In this document: positions 21,158 to 44,540 of the stretch, in pieces
Layout: every line of letters starts with the position of its first letter
Position numbering within the stretch: the first letter of the stretch is position 1
NCBI RefSeq assembly: GCF_964204645.1
Contig: NC_134031.1
Location: 21,149,910-21,213,909, forward strand
Direction of reading: 5' to 3'
From: Tubulanus polymorphus
Taxonomy: Eukaryota > Animalia > Nemertea
DNA length: 64,000 bases
Program-made: the position numbers and the translations under genes
The notes under the pieces: model-generated
The model's input: only the letters and a program-made list of their open reading frames with translations
Databases searched by the model: none
What the model was told of the DNA's origin: nothing

Positions 21158-24100
21158 GCTAGACTGGTCACCGCCACATGTACTCGCAGTTAGAAATGGC
21201 AACCAGTCTATTGCAGGTCTCGGCTTCTTTTCGATTAGATTGGATTCTTAAATTCTACGAAATATTCAAAGAATTTATTCTAATGAAAACCACGCTTTTT
21301 ACCAATCTAATCATTCGTTTCGAGGTTTCCGGAATTACTACTTTAGTTCACAGAAATTCCGCTATCGTTATTCATAGGGGCAGCAGTGAACGGTTGTTAT
21401 CTGATGCAGTCTTGCTATTTTACTGTGGCATGTGAGGAATACAGATTTTTCTTAAGTCAAATTTCATTCATCACTCAACACTAGTTTGTTAGAAATTGAT
21501 AACTGTACCATCATTAGAGCATTAAGGAGAGTAAATGGTATGATAGAATCTCCCTAATTCCGATCATTGGGACCAACAAAATTCATCCGTTTTACGGCAA
21601 ATCCGGATTAAAAGTCATTTTCGTGTATATTAATGATTAAATTGACAGTAAATATTATCCGGATTAGACCAAAATTGGGATTAAGCCGATGCAGATTAAA
21701 CGATTTAGCTTGACTGTATTAGCCAATAGAATCACCCATCTTCACCCATCAAACTGGCCCCAGGGCACTAAACTTACCAAGAAAAAAACACTGACGAGTG
21801 TTGGCCTGTTAAATAAACGCAGAAACCCTAGTGTTGGCCTGTTTGATAAACTCAGTAACCCTAGTGTTGGCCTGATTAATAAACGTAGAAACCCTAGTGT
21901 TGGCCTGGTGAATAAACGCAGAAACTCTTGTGTTGGCCTGTTTAATAAACTCAGTAACCCTAGTGTTGGCCTGATTAATACACTCAGTAACCCTAGTGTT
22001 GGCCTGTTTAATAAACGCAGAAACCCTAGTGTTGGCCTGATTAATAAACGCAGAAACCCTAGTGTTGGCCTGTTTAATAAACTCAGTAACCCTAGTGTTG
22101 GCCTGATTAATAAACTCGGTAACCCTAGTGTTGGCCTGTTTAATAAACGTAGAAACCCTAGTGTTGGCCTGCTTAATAAACTCAGTAACCCTAGTGTTGG
22201 CCTGTTTAATAAACGTAGAAACCCTAGTGTTGGCCTGCTTAAGAAACGCAGTAACCCTAGTGTTGGCCTGTTTAATAAACGCAGTAACCCGAGTGTTGGC
22301 CTGGTGAATAAACGTAGAAACCCTAGTGTTGGCCTGTTTAATAAACGTAGAAACCCTAGTATTGGCCTGTTTAATAAACGTAGAAACCCTAGTGTTGGCC
22401 TGTTTAATAAACGCCGAAACCCTAGTGTTGGCCTTGTACCACACTGACCAACCATATTCACAAACCAGGTCAGCCATCAGAACTCAGCGGTCTAGTGGTT
22501 AGCGTGCTCGGCTGGCATGCTGGAGGGCGCAGGTTCGAGTCCTGCTAGGTTTATCGATCTAGGGTTAGGGTTAGTGCCTCAGGTTGGGGCTAATTTTTGG
22601 CCCAGCGAGGTATTTGTAGTACGATGATCATCTGTTTGACTCGGGTTATTTTTTGGTCAATAGATTCTATACTAACTTATATATTTTGAACACAAATATT
22701 TGCTTTATCCTTAGAAGCCACTTTATTTAAAAGATACTTCGCTCAAAACAGTAGTTTATTTCTGAATGAATAAAAGAGTTGGTGACATTATTCAATATAT
22801 ATAAAAACCACAATATCTACTTTAAGGTTGGTATGCAACAATTTCCACTCTTTTCCATAGGTGTCGCTTTGGATAAATGTCTATATCTCTTGACCCAAAG
22901 GACCGATTACGATTAAACTTGATACACAGGAACTTTTATCAAGTAGCACTCGGGGTGGGTGAAATCGCTCTAGGTTGAAGTTACACTGTCCTAAAATGGC
23001 TCCAAACAACGTGAAATTGGTAGTTAGGCCTACTTCGAGTACGGGTAGAACACAGTTTGAAATCGTATCGTTGTAGGTTATCGTAAAGAAGATGTATCCG
23101 TTAATACGACGATTAACAGTACAAATATCGATATAGACACGGTTTTAGTCGAGACATTGATCGCCGGGTTTAAACATTCCTGGATATGACCATGTTTCAC
23201 AATTAAATTCTTCTTCTAAATGAGGACGACCATCGATCACGTGTCTAATCGCATCATAATGGGAACGGGTTGTCCCGCGTTCGAACCAAGTAATTACTGA
23301 TACTGGTTCAGAGTGGTATTGATACTGAATAGAGGATGAACAGGGGTGTCACGGGTTCGAACCCAGTAATTACTGATACTGGTTCAGAGTAGTCTTGATA
23401 CTGAATAGAGGATGTACAGGGGTGTCACGGGTTCGAACCCAGTAATTACTGATACTGATTCAGAGAGGTCCTGATGCTGATTAGATGATGTACAGGGGTG
23501 TCCCGGGTTCGAACTCAGTAGTGGTCCAAGTTGTCCTGATGCTGAATGGAGGATGTACAGGGGTGTCCCGGATTCAAATCCGGTCTATTGGTACTGATTC
23601 TGATTGGTCCTGATGCTGAATCGAGGATGTACAGGGGTGTGTCCCGGGTTCGAGAACCAGTAATTACTGATACTGATTCAGAGTGGTCCTGATGCTGATT
23701 AGATGATGTACAGGGGTGTCCCGGGTTCGAACGCAGTAGTGGTCCAAGTTGTCCTGATGCTGAATGGAGGATGTACGGTGGTGTCCCGACCGTACGGTGC
23801 TGCCGCTATGCTCATCGTTAGCGGGATTTCGATACACTAACTGAAGTGAACTCTGGCAATCTTCGTGGTGTCCAGTTATACTCCCTTACACTTGATTGCC
23901 AGAGTTGATTAACGTTAGTGTATGAAAATCCCGCTACCGATGAGCATAGAGGCAGCACCGTACGGTAAAATGTTGATATCTTAACAAAAGTAATTACTGA
24001 TAACTGATTCTCATTGGTCCTGATGCTGAATGGAGGATGTACAGGGGTGTGTCACGGGTTCGAAACCAGTAATTACTGATACTGGTTATGAGTAGTCCCG

Positions 24101-24824
24101 ATGCTAATTAGATGATGTACAGGGGTGTCCCGGGTTCGAAACCAGTAGTGGTCCAAGTTGTCCTGATTGTGAATAGAGGATGTACAGGGGTATCCCGGGT
24201 TCAAACCCAGTAATTACTTATACTGATTCAGTGGTACTGATGCCGAATATAGGATGTACAGGGGTCACTATTACAGAGGTTGTTTCTCAAAAATGATCAA
24301 ATAACGCACACACGACTTATGGCAACATTTATCTATATTTATTCCTCATTGTCATGTAACGCACCTGCCTTTTTAAGAATAGTAGTTAGACCATCGAATT
24401 GAAACCCTCGCATACTAAGGTAAGAAAGAATAAATGAATTCTTTCACAAAAAACGATGTATTTTTTAACTGAATTTGTGAAGAAATTTAATCTGGATCAA
24501 ATCTCACAAAAACAGATGAACTCAGTTTCTCTTTTTTGTTGATCTTTGATAATTAATCCGTATATGTGAAACCGTACCCTCGGTAGGATTTGGTTTATGA
24601 TGCGAGGGTTTCAATCAGATTTAGATGCTGCAGTTTCGCACACTGAATAGCGAGTATTTAATACCGTCGAGTACAGTTTCACAGAGAAAGGATGAATCAA
24701 TATAGGCGGTAAAGTCGAATAGAGAAGTTTATTGAGTAAATTATTTCTATGAAACTGAACCCGTGGGATTTACGTGTGACGCACTGAGTGTGTGAAACTG
24801 CTGACGTCTGTAATCACAACTAAA

Positions 24825-33070
<8,246 letters not shown>

Positions 33071-35551
33071 CGTCATAGTGTACCTCAGATTGGGATTCCC
33101 GCCGGTAGACTGGTCACCGCCACCTGTATTCGCAGGTAGAAATGGCAACCAGTCTATTGCAGGTCTCGGCATCTTTTCGATTAGATTAGGTTTTATATTC
33201 TACGCAATATTCAAAGAATTTATTCTAATGAAAACCACGCTCTTTACCAATCTAATCATTCGTTTCGAGGTTTCCGTAATTACTACTTTAGTTCACAGAA
33301 ATTCCGCTATCGTTATTCATAGGGGCAGCACTGAACGGTTGTAATTTGATGCAGTCTTGCTATTTTACTGCGGCATGTGAGGAATACAGATTTTTCTTAA
33401 GTCAAATTTCATTCATCACTCAACACTAGTTTGTTAGAAATTAATAACTGTACCAACATTAGAGCTTTATATAAGGAGAGTAAATTAATGGTATGATAGA
33501 ATCTCCCTAATTCCGATCATTGGGACCAACAAAATTCATCCGTTTTACGGCAAATCCGGATTTAAAAGTCATTTTCGTGTATATTAATGATTAAATTGAC
33601 TGTATATATTATCCGGATTAGACCAAAATTCGGTCGATGCGGATTAAACGATTTAGTTTGACTGTATTAGCCAATAGAATCAGTCTTCGCCCATCGAACT
33701 GGCCCCAGGGCACAAAAATTACCAAGAAACAAACACTGACGAGTGTTGGCCTGTTTAATAAACGCAGAAACCCTAGTGTTGGCCTGTTTAATAAACGTAG
33801 AAACCCTAGTGTTGGCCTGTTTAATAAACGTAGAAACCCTAGTGTTGGCCTGTTTAATAAACGCAGTAACCCTAGTGTTGGCCTGATTAATGAACTCAGT
33901 AACCCTAGTGTTGGCCTGTTTAATAAACGTAGAAACCCTAGTGTTGGCCTGTTTAATAAACGTAGAAACCCTAGTGTTGGCCTGTTTAATAAACGCCGAA
34001 ACCCTAGTGTTGGCCTTGTACCACACTGACCAACCATATTCACAAACCAGGTCAGCCATCAGAACTCAGCGGTCTAGTGGTTAGCGTGCTCGGCTGGCAT
34101 GCTGGAGGGCGCAGGTTCGAGTCCTGCTAGGTTTATCGATCTAGGGTTAGGGTTAGTGCCTCAGGTTGGGGCTAATTTTTGGCCCAGCGAGGTATTTGTA
34201 GTACGATGATCATCTGTTTGACTCGGGTTATTTTTTGGTCAATAGATTCTATACTAACTTATATATTTTGAACACAAATATTTGCTTTATCTAGTGGAGG
34301 CCACTTTATTTAAAAGATACTTCGCTCAATACAGTAGTTTATTTCTAAATGAATAAAAGAGTTGGTGACATTATTCAATATATATAAAAACCACAATATC
34401 TATTTTAAGGTTGGTATGCAACAATTTCCACTCTTTTCCATAGGTGTCGCTTTAGATAAATATCTATATCTCTTGGCCCAATGGACCGATTACGATTAAA
34501 CTTGATACACAGGAACTTTTATCAAGTAGCACTCGGGGTGGGTGAAATCGCTCTAGGTTGAAGTTACACTGTCCTAAAATGGCTCCAAACAACGTGAAAT
34601 TGGTAGTTAGGCCTACTACGAGTACGGGTAGAACAACACAGTTTGAAATCGTATCGTTGTAGGTTATCGTAAAGAAGATGAATACGACGATTAACAGTAC
34701 AAATATCGATATAGACACGGTTTTAGTCGAGACATTGATCGCCGGGTTTAAACATTCCTGGATATGACCATGTTTCACAATTAAATTCATCTTCTGAATG
34801 AGGACGACCATCGAACACGTGTCTAATCGCGTCATAATGGGTACGGGGTGTCCCGCGTTCGAACCAAGTAATTACTGATACTGGTTCAGAGTGGTCTTTG
34901 TACAGGGGTGTCCAGGGTTCGAACTGAGTAGTGGTCCAAGTTGTCCTGATGCTGAATGGAGGATGTACAGGGTTGTGTCCCGGGTTCGAGAACCAGTAAT
35001 TACTGATACTGACTCAGAGTGGTCCAGATGCTGATTAGATGATGTACAGGGGTGTCCCGGGTTCGAACTCAGTAGTGGTCCAAGTTGTCCTGATGCTGAA
35101 TGGAGGATGTACACGGGTGTCCCGACCGTACGGTGCTGCCGCTATGCTCATCGTTAGCAGGATTTCCATACACTAACTGAAGTCAACTCTGGCAATCGTC
35201 GTGCTGTCCAGCTATACTCCGTAACCCTTGCTTGCCAGAGTTGACTAACGTTAGTGTATGAAAATCCCGCTACAGATGAGCATAGAGGCAGCACCGTACG
35301 GTGAAATGTTGATATCTTAACAAAAGTAATTACTGATTCTGATTGGTCCTGATGTTGAATGGAGGATGTACAGGGGTATCCCGGGTTCGAACCAGTAATT
35401 ACTGATACTGGTTCAGAGTGGTCTTGATACTGAATAGAGGATGTACAGGTGTCCTGGGTTCGACCCCGCCACGAAAAATGATTAAATAACGCACACACGA
35501 CTTACAGCAACAATTATCTATATTTATTCCTCATTGTCATGTAACACACCC

Positions 35552-35769
35552 GGACGCAGTTCCACAGTTGTGTTAGAGTTAACTCCGAGTTAAAGTTAAT
35601 TCATTTTCAATAAGTTACCCCAGGGCCCAGTTTCACAAAAAGGTTTAACTCTTAAATCGGTTTAATTTCTTCATTAATTCACTTTATCTTAAATCGATTT
35701 AGGCCTTAATCCTTTTTGTGAAACTGGGCCCAGAATTAAATCTTAACTCAACAACTGTGGAACTGGACC
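35552..35769. mobile_element. Harbinger-like MITE with a second MITE nested at 35624-35730, unique to unit 3
   Basis: Outer TIRs CAGTTCCACAGTTG / CAACTGTGGAACTG at the empty site gcacCTGcctttt. Inner TIRs GGCCCAGTTTCACAAAAAGG / CCTTTTTGTGAAACTGGGCC flanked by CAG/CAG. Confidence 0.85.
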
Positions 35770-36176
35770 CTGCCCTTTTAAGAATAGTAGTTGGACCATC
35801 GAATTGAAACCCTCGCATACCAGAGTAAGAAAGAAAAAATGAATTCCTCGAGTGGACACCAGGGGTCGCAGTTCCACAAAAAACGATGCATTTTTTAACT
35901 GAATTTGTGAAGAAATTTAATCTGGATCAAATCTCACAAAAAGATCTTTTTTGTTGATCTTTGATAACTAATCTGTATATGTGAAACCGTACCCTCGGTA
36001 GGATTTGGTTTATGATGCGAGGGTTTCAATCAGATTTAGATGCTGCAGTTTCGCACACTGAATAGCGAGTGTCCAGTTTCACAGAGAAAGGATGAATCAA
36101 TTTCAACTTGGGATTTACTTTTTCGTTCAAAATAAAATGTTTGAACGCAATTGGTTCGTGAAACTGTACCCTAGGC

Positions 36177-39100
36177 TGCCCGTGCCGGTCGGCACAGATA
36201 AACAATATTCATTTGGCTCCAGGTAGATGGTTGGTCGCTGTCCCTGTCAAATGGCAAATTGGTCCCGATCCCCACTTTGTCCTAGAATAGAGAAAATATT
36301 ACATAGAAAATGTTCGATTGAATTAACAGTCAAGTGGGAATTGTTTTCATGACATAATTCGGTAACTAGAATTTATAATCACCTTATAATTCTAGATAAT
36401 TCAACACCATTATTCAATCTTCGATCACTTTTCAAACTGTTCTATTGGACAAATTTCATGCTGCAAAAAATCATTATACTATGAAAATACTAAGTAATGT
36501 ATTTATAGCAGTCTGAAATTGGGGCTAAATTCTATTAGAAAATCAATCATTTTCAAACTTGTGTTGAGCAGAATTAAGCAGCAGCAGCTGCAGCAGCATC
36601 AGCCGCACTGCTTCCCGGAGAATCACACATAAAAATTCTGTACAGAATAATTAAATGTTAGAATATTATGAAATTAGAGCACAGTGCAGTGATGAAATAC
36701 TCACCATTTCTAAACTCATATCAGATAAGTTCAGTGCCATCTAGCAGGATTTCACTTCCAACAGTAATAATGTCATGAAGTTAAGAGAACTGATGATTTT
36801 CTGAGAAAATAAATTCTTAAAACGATAGCAGCAGCTTCAGCAACTAGAGCTTCTTTACTCTTTGAAGGTGAATATTTTTAATTTCTCCAGTTCCAAAAAG
36901 TGTTGGGCGTATTGCATTCTGGAAAGAGAAAATTATGCCAGAAAATGGTTAATGAAATAGATAGAAACTGCAACTTGTTTGTGTTCAATTGACAGAAAAC
37001 CTACCGGGTTAATGAGTAGTTTATCACAATGTGTCGAGTATATGCAGATTTCTGAGAGGTTTGATGGTAGCTTTAGACTGCGTCCTCAAGTAAAACGTTG
37101 ATACCTGCCAACATTGACCGATCAAAACATCATTTTCTGGACTTGATTTGAAGATCACCACAAATTACTGCAATAAATCGATATAAAACTCACCGCTTCT
37201 GACTCGTTTGATTTGTAGAGCGCAATGTTTACTGCAAGTTCAGCTTTATTTGAAACCCTAGAATACAACAGTTGTATAATTTTGATGATTCGAACTTTGA
37301 CCAGAATAGAAGTGATTGAAAATTCGCCTTCACTGATTAATGTAGCTTCTAATCAGGAAATGAGTTTATAAATGTACAGTCAAACAGAGACTAGAATCTG
37401 TAGAGATATTTACCTGTACCGTATTGGTTTTGAGGATCTAAAGCGATGTCCATCTTAAACAAATGTGAAGTGAATTCCCAATGATTACTGTTCACAGATT
37501 CTATCAAGGGTTCCAGTTATTTCAGCTCCTAAATACAAATTTTAGAAATTGTCAGTTAAGTTGTTATGAAATAAGAGCAGTTTCACAAAAAAATCAAACT
37601 AAGCCGTGATCTTTGAGTGATTGAATGCTGGAAACATAAACAGATAGAATAATTTATATAGAACAGTTCTCTAAAAATAATGAATTTCCAAACAGGTTTT
37701 ACCTGCTGCTGCTGCAGCTGGTGGTGGCGCTGTGGCTGCATAGTGCTGGTACTGCAGGTACTGCCAGTGCTGCTGCTGCAGCTGCTGGTGGCGCTGTGGC
37801 TGCATGGTGCTGGTACTGCGGGTACTGCCAGTGCTGCTGTTGCAGCTGCTGGTGGCGCTGTTGCTGCATGGTGCTGGTACCGCGGTTACTGCCAGTGCTG
37901 CTGTTGCTGCTGCTGCGGTGTGTATCTCATCCTGTAACTGAGAGTAAAACAGTAATTTTTAGTTCAAAAATAATTCAAAATATCAACAGAGACTGTGAAG
38001 CATTCTGTGGAGAAATTCATTACCAGTTTTATACTTACCTTAAATGAGCCTGTTTAAATTGTAAATTATATTGCATTCATTTCATCCTGAAAAGAAAAAG
38101 AAACAATAATCAGTGGCAATAGCGCAGAATGTAACATCTCAAATTATCAATCAATCAGACAGAAACAGTACAGGATTTCTGTAGATTAAACTGCTGTACT
38201 TATTTCATACTGATTGTACAGTTACAGATACATGTAACATTGTGTACAGATACAGAGTACAGATCACTGCATTACTTCATCCTGTGATTGAACAGTGATT
38301 TAATGTTCTTTCATCTTCATTAGATTCCCATCCATCTAACTAAAACATCAGAACATTTTAACTCATCTAACCTCCCGACCCGACCCTCCCAGACCCCTTC
38401 CCTCCCGCCCTCCCAAACCCCTTCCCTCCCGCCCTCCCTGACCCCTTCCCTCCCGCCCTCCTGGACCCCTCCCTCAATGCCCTCCCACCTGGCCCTCCCT
38501 CAATGCCCTCCCACCTGGCCTACCCTCAATGCCCTCCCACGTAGCCTTCCCTCAATGCCCTCCCATCATGCCTCCTCAACTCTGTTGTCTCCTCTTCACA
38601 CACCACTCATCTGTACAATAACTACAAAACGATTTGCCATTTTTCACGATCATATCAATTTCATTTATAAATCAAAATCCTTAATCAATTGCATCATTGA
38701 TGGGACTCACAGATACTTTCTCTACACATTTTGGAGGCATTCAGATGACCTCAAATGATCATATGCCTGGGTTGGTCTTGAAAATCACATGGCTTCATTT
38801 TTACAGATGATTTCTTTATCAATTTCATCAAATTATTCCTATTATTTCTACTCCCTCTAATAAGTATTCACAATATATCTCAGTTTCACGACAAGTTGCA
38901 GCAGTCGTCTGTAAACAGATTTCATTTCATCAAATGATGCGAGTTTTAGTTGTAGAGGTTTCATCTACAAAACATCAAACTAAACCCGAGGAACTTAATG
39001 TTGTAAGGTAGGGGGACGTATATGGAGGGTTCACCCGAACCAAGGAAATAAACCCGAACCAAACCTCCACACTCACAAAATGTCGTGAGAAAGGCAAACA

Positions 39101-42100
39101 CAAACCAAGGACAAGAATGATGGCTGAGATCAAAACAATTAATGCTATTGATGTTGCTTCACCAATTCAACATGACGTCACTAAATGAAACCATTGTGGA
39201 CTATTTCAATACTCTCTACTAGAGGTTTCATATAAGCAAGTAGTTTATGGAATCCTATTCATAAAAGTTATAAGTCAATGTTTTTAAACTGCTGATGCAA
39301 AATATATACGTCATTAAATAATCTGTTCGATTGTCTTTTCAAGTTAACACTTAAACCCAGTGGAACAAATCAAACTCCAGCCATTTTTCCTTTATTTGCC
39401 ATTTTTCGTTTTTACTCTTTTCTCTGACTTTTAGCACTTGAGTCGAGGTAGGAATAGACCCCTGCCCGCTCGCTAAGCGTGCAGGACACTAAACCTTCGA
39501 ATTGCTCTCGGACCCCACTCTTTATATCAGCATTTCATGCTGTTTTATTTTATTCACGCATTCGCTTTACATTTTTTCATATGGCTTTTCCTTATTTGTC
39601 GTCTCACTAAAATTCTCATCAGTTCCGACTGGGATCAAGTTTAATCTTTTAGAGACAAAGAGCAAAAGATTGTGTTAGTTGCAGCAGCAGCAGCTGCAGC
39701 AGCACCAGCAGCAACACTGATACAGATGAATCTTTCATTAACTACGTCATTTGTTCCATTCTCAAATATTGAGTCATGAGGGCAACAGAAATAACTTTAA
39801 AAAACGCTAAATCTTTCATTTATGGCCTTGGTTTGGTGACCTAAGCGTCGAAGTTTGGTTCATAGCCCAGGTTTGGTGACCAAAGAGTCAAAGTTTGGTT
39901 CATGGCTCGGGTTTAGTGACCAAAGAGTCAAAGTTTGGTTCATAGCTCTGTTTTGGTGACCAAAGAGTCAAAGTTTGGTTCATAGCTCTGTTTTGGTGAC
40001 CAAAGAGTCAAAGTTTGGTTTATAGCTCTGTTTTGGTGACCAAAGAGTCAAATTTTGGTTCATAGCCCTGTTTTGGTGACCAAAGAGTCAAAGTTTGGTT
40101 CATGGCTCAGGTTTAGTGACCAAAGAGTCAAAGTTTGGTTCATAGCCCTGTTTTGGTGACTAAAGAGTCAAAGTTTGGTCTATGGTTCTGATTTGGTGAC
40201 CTCGGAGGGTAAATATAGCTCATGGCCCTCGTTAAAGGTAAGTCAGTTTTATGGCTTTGGTTTGATTAGCAAATAACATGAGAAATTGAGCGTTGCATAT
40301 GTTGAATAGGGGAATTGGACTAAACACTCATCACTAGAATAAAGTAAAGAATTATGTTTACACTGAATGGGCTCAAAATCTTGTACTAATTGATAAAGTC
40401 TGAAATAATTCTGGCTAATTTGAGTCTATCGGAAAATGATGCATTGATCGAAGTCTAAAAGCCATAAACTGACAAATTGATCGAGCACTGATAATATTTT
40501 AAATAACAGCGGAGGATGAAATAACTTTCATAAACTGATATGATCGTGAAAAATGGCAAAATACACTAGATACACCTCTCCCCCGCTTTATCAGAGTCTC
40601 ATTGTAGTAGGAAGATTGCCGTAGCCTAACTATAAAAACTACAACTACATCTGGTTGAATATCATTTGTTTTTATGGCTTTTAAATTCAGTAAAATATTT
40701 CCTGATAGAAGTATAATTAGTTCGCAGCCCCTTAAATTCTGTCTAGAATAGAATTATAAGTCACAGGTAGAAATAGAATATTATCCTATTCTAAAATGAA
40801 TATAATAATAGAACAATAGTCTCTCCTTGTCAATCTTTGTCCCACCTAAAAATTGTACAGTTTATTTCAGAAATTGTGTCCCATCTTTTTGAAAAGGATA
40901 AGTAATTATTAAGGATATCTATGAATAGTGATATACTGTGCCATGAAGGCAAATGAAGAAGTGTGTCTGAAAATCCATAAAAGTGATAACAAAACATATC
41001 ACTTATTCTAATAAGTTCTATACTCTTCTTCCAAAAATGAAGAGTAGGTCTCTGTCTAAGAATCTGCAGAAAAAAGAGGAAGCAGCAATGAATGTGAACT
41101 GCATCTCGACTCTCGTCAATAATTTTCTAAGTCGTCCTATACAGTTCTCAGTATTTACAGCCGTTTTTAAAATAGCACAGAAGAAAATACATCTTTCAGC
41201 TGGAAATGTATCAGTAAACCGCCAGATATCAACAGTAATTATTACGTATGATTGTTGTTTCATTCAATTATTAATGAAACCGTTTTTTGATCGGAGCCAA
41301 GGAGCAGTTTGTGATCATTCAAAAAATATCTCTCATTCCTGACCACATTAAATAATGGCCCTAAAATTTGAAACGTCCCAATTCAAAAATCTGGGGGCAA
41401 TTATCTCATAACGATTGAGAGAAGTGACGGTGAAATTACGTGCGCACTCACCGGGGATCAAACCCGGGTCTCATAGAAATAACAACTAGTAAAATAGAAC
41501 GAGTCCGATTGGCCGATGGTTATACAGCTTGTCATGCATAACAACTGAAACATGACATGTTGCAGTCACGTGTTTCATAATGATTAATCCTTTCTTAGAA
41601 TAATAAAAAGATGGGACACATTTTCTGAAATATCCTGAACTTCAAGACTAAAACTACGACTAAACCACCTGTACTTGTACCTAAACCCTAAAGCCCCACC
41701 ATATATCCCTCCCTCCAAAGTCCTACCACCACCCCTACATCCCTCCCACCCTCCCAAGTCCTACCACCACCCCTACATCCCTCCCACCCTCCGGGACCCC
41801 ATCCCTCCCGGACCCCTTCCCTCCTGCCCTCTCGGACCCCTTCCCTCCCGCCCTCCCTCCCACACCCCTTCCCTCCCGCCCTCCCTCACCCCATCTCTCC
41901 CACCCTTCCTCCCAGACCCCTTCCCTCCCACCGTCCCCCACCCCAACCCTCCCTCCCTCTACCCCTTCCCTCCCCCCAACCCTACCCACCCTCCCTAAAT
42001 CCCGTGGTTAGGTGAGTTGAATGTTCTGATGTTTTAGTTAGATGGATGGGAATCTAATGAAGATGAAAGAACATTAAATCACTGTTCAATCACAGGATGA

Positions 42101-43830
42101 AGTAATGCAGTGATCTGTATCTCAGTATCGGTACACAATGTTACATGTATCTGTAACTGTACAATCAGTATGAAATAAGTACAGCAGTTTAATCTATAGA
42201 AATTCTAACTCTTAAGATACACATGATCTGATTATCAAGAAGGAACATGATTGATAACAGTTGTATTATTGACATCAGGAACCAGTTTCATATTGATTAG
42301 AAATAACATTTGAGTTGATCACAATTTAGAAAACCTGTAAACCCGCTTACAGAAATAACAATCCCAACCATGAACTGATTATAGCCAAATATTCACCAAA
42401 AGAAATTTGAAATGATTGAATAAATGCAACAGGTTTCTGAGATTTCATTTCAAAACATGGTTTATAACAAACAATATAAAATTAGTCCCTTAAAATCAAT
42501 TCAACCACCGATAAATAAATGTAACTTATCTTGAATTTCCACATAGGCTATAGTGATTCCTGATGTCATGCTGAATCCAAGAGTGATTCCCGATGTCCTG
42601 TGCTAAATCAAAAAAAGTCTGGTAGTAAAACACTGATTCCTTGTTGTCCTGTGCTGAATCCAAGAATGATTCCCGATGTCCGGCGCAAAACCAAAAAAGT
42701 CTGATTGTGAAACACTGATTCCTTGTTGTCCTGTGCTGAATCTGAGAGTGATTCTTGTTTTCCTGTGCTGAATCAAAATTCCCGTTGAACATGTTGAAGT
42801 GATACCTATAATAGACAAATCTAAGATTGTTTTCTTTCCTTAGAAATAACTGCAGAAATATCAAATCTAAAATCTAAAACTTACAAATTAGATTGTTCAC
42901 TCAAATCTGCAGTTCGTTTATTCACGGGGTTTTTCTATCCACAGTTTAGGTTTTGCATCTAGAGTTGAACATGAAATATAAACAAAAAGGTAATGAAAAA
43001 ATGAACAGTTTAAATATTATCTGTTTCTGAAACCGATGATGATCATCCTCATCAATATCACAGACGAATGGAGGCAAGTAGAGGCATCAATCCTCCTGCG
43101 GCAGGGACTCGATCCAGAATGCCACGGTACGAAACCCTGCCACACTAGACCTAGTGCGCAGCAGCTACACGCGCAGCTTAGATGATGTCATTAATAGCCA
43201 ATCAGAAATTCAGTTTTATTTGAGCCCAGGTTTTGCCATTTATAGTTCTTCCGTGAAATTTACCTCAGCGATTAACGAGCAATCTGTTTGGTGCCGCAAG
43301 ATTTCGCGCGGTAAAGCTGCGCATGTACCTGCGCACCCGGTCTAGTGTGGCAGGGGTTCGTGCCGTGGCTGAGTGTAGCAAGCGATGTCATCAGGTTCAA
43401 ATCCCTCCCATGGGAGGATGTTGGTGTCCCACATGTTTGACTGCGATTAATAGGCCTATAGGTTAAGCGACAGATGAAATAAACTTACACTGTTTGATTA
43501 AATCAGTCGATGGAATCATTTTAGAACAAATTCATTACAACACAGCGAGATGAAGCCCATCGTGATCTAGAAATATCAGGATGGAATGACGTCATGCTTG
43601 ACTGAGCGCCACCGACCATGTGCACCGTTTGTTTGTAGGATGTGACTCTGAAATAATATGATTTCCCACAATATCTGAGATGGAATATTTTTCGCCATTT
43701 AAACCAATGTTACAAACACTTACCAAATATTGAAATACTGATTTCAGGGGTCGGGAAGGAGGGTGGCAATGTTTAGGTGAGGTTTTTGCTTAATTTCGTG
43801 TTATGGTAAAGCACGCCATTTTGATATTGC
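36177..43830 (-). ncRNA. Candidate spliced lncRNA gene, unit 3 copy, lacking the terminal exon
   Basis: Promoter and internal splice sites conserved; last exon and polyA region deleted at 36172. Confidence 0.45.
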
Positions 43831-44540
43831 GTCATAGTGTACCTCAGATTGGGATTCCCGCCGGTAGACTGGTCACCGCCACCTGCATTCGCAAGTAGAA
43901 ATGGCAACCAGTCGATTGCAGGTCTCGGCTTCTTTTCGATTAGATTAGGTTTTGAATTCTACGCAATATTCAAAGAATTTATTCTAATGAAAACCACGCT
44001 CTTTACCAATCTAATCATTCGTTTCGAGGTTTCCGTAATTACTACTTTAGTTCACAGAAATTCCGCTATCGTTATTCATAGGGGCAGCACTGAACGGTTG
44101 TAATTTGATGCAGTCTTGCTATTTTACTGCGGCATGTGAGGAATACAGATTTTTCTTAAGTCAAATTTCATTCATCACTCAACACTAGTTTGTTAGAAAT
44201 TAATAACTGTACCAACATTAGAGCTTTATATAAGGAGAGTAAATTAATGGTATGATAGAATCTCCCTAATTCCGATCATTGGGACCAACAAAATTCATCC
44301 GTTTTACGGCAAATCCGGATTTAAAAGTCATTTTCGTGTATATTAATGATTAAAATGACTGTAAATATTATCCGGATTAGACCAAAATTCGGATTAAGCC
44401 GATGCGGATTAAACGATTTAGTTTGAATGTATTAGCCAATAGAATCAGTCTTCACCCATCGAACTGGCCCCAGGGCACTAAAATTACCAAGAAACAAACA
44501 CTGACGAGTGTTGGCCTGTTTAATGAACGCAGAAACCCTA

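Larger units (their letters stand above)
8517..21474. repeat. Macro-repeat unit 1 (~12.96 kb)
   Basis: Marker tcaacactagtttgtt recurs at 8517, 21475, 33420, 44179 and 55716, with collinear content between markers. Confidence 0.95.
33420..44178. repeat. Macro-repeat unit 3 (~10.76 kb)
   Basis: Collinear with units 1-2; carries a deletion at ~36172. Confidence 0.95.

Noticed and set aside
21689-22477. Long ORFs (NPSVGLFNKRR, RPTLGFLRLLN, ANTRVSTFIKQ) and a CRISPR-like appearance
   Set aside because: Products of a 30-bp head-to-tail minisatellite with no unique spacers; eukaryotic context, no cas genes.
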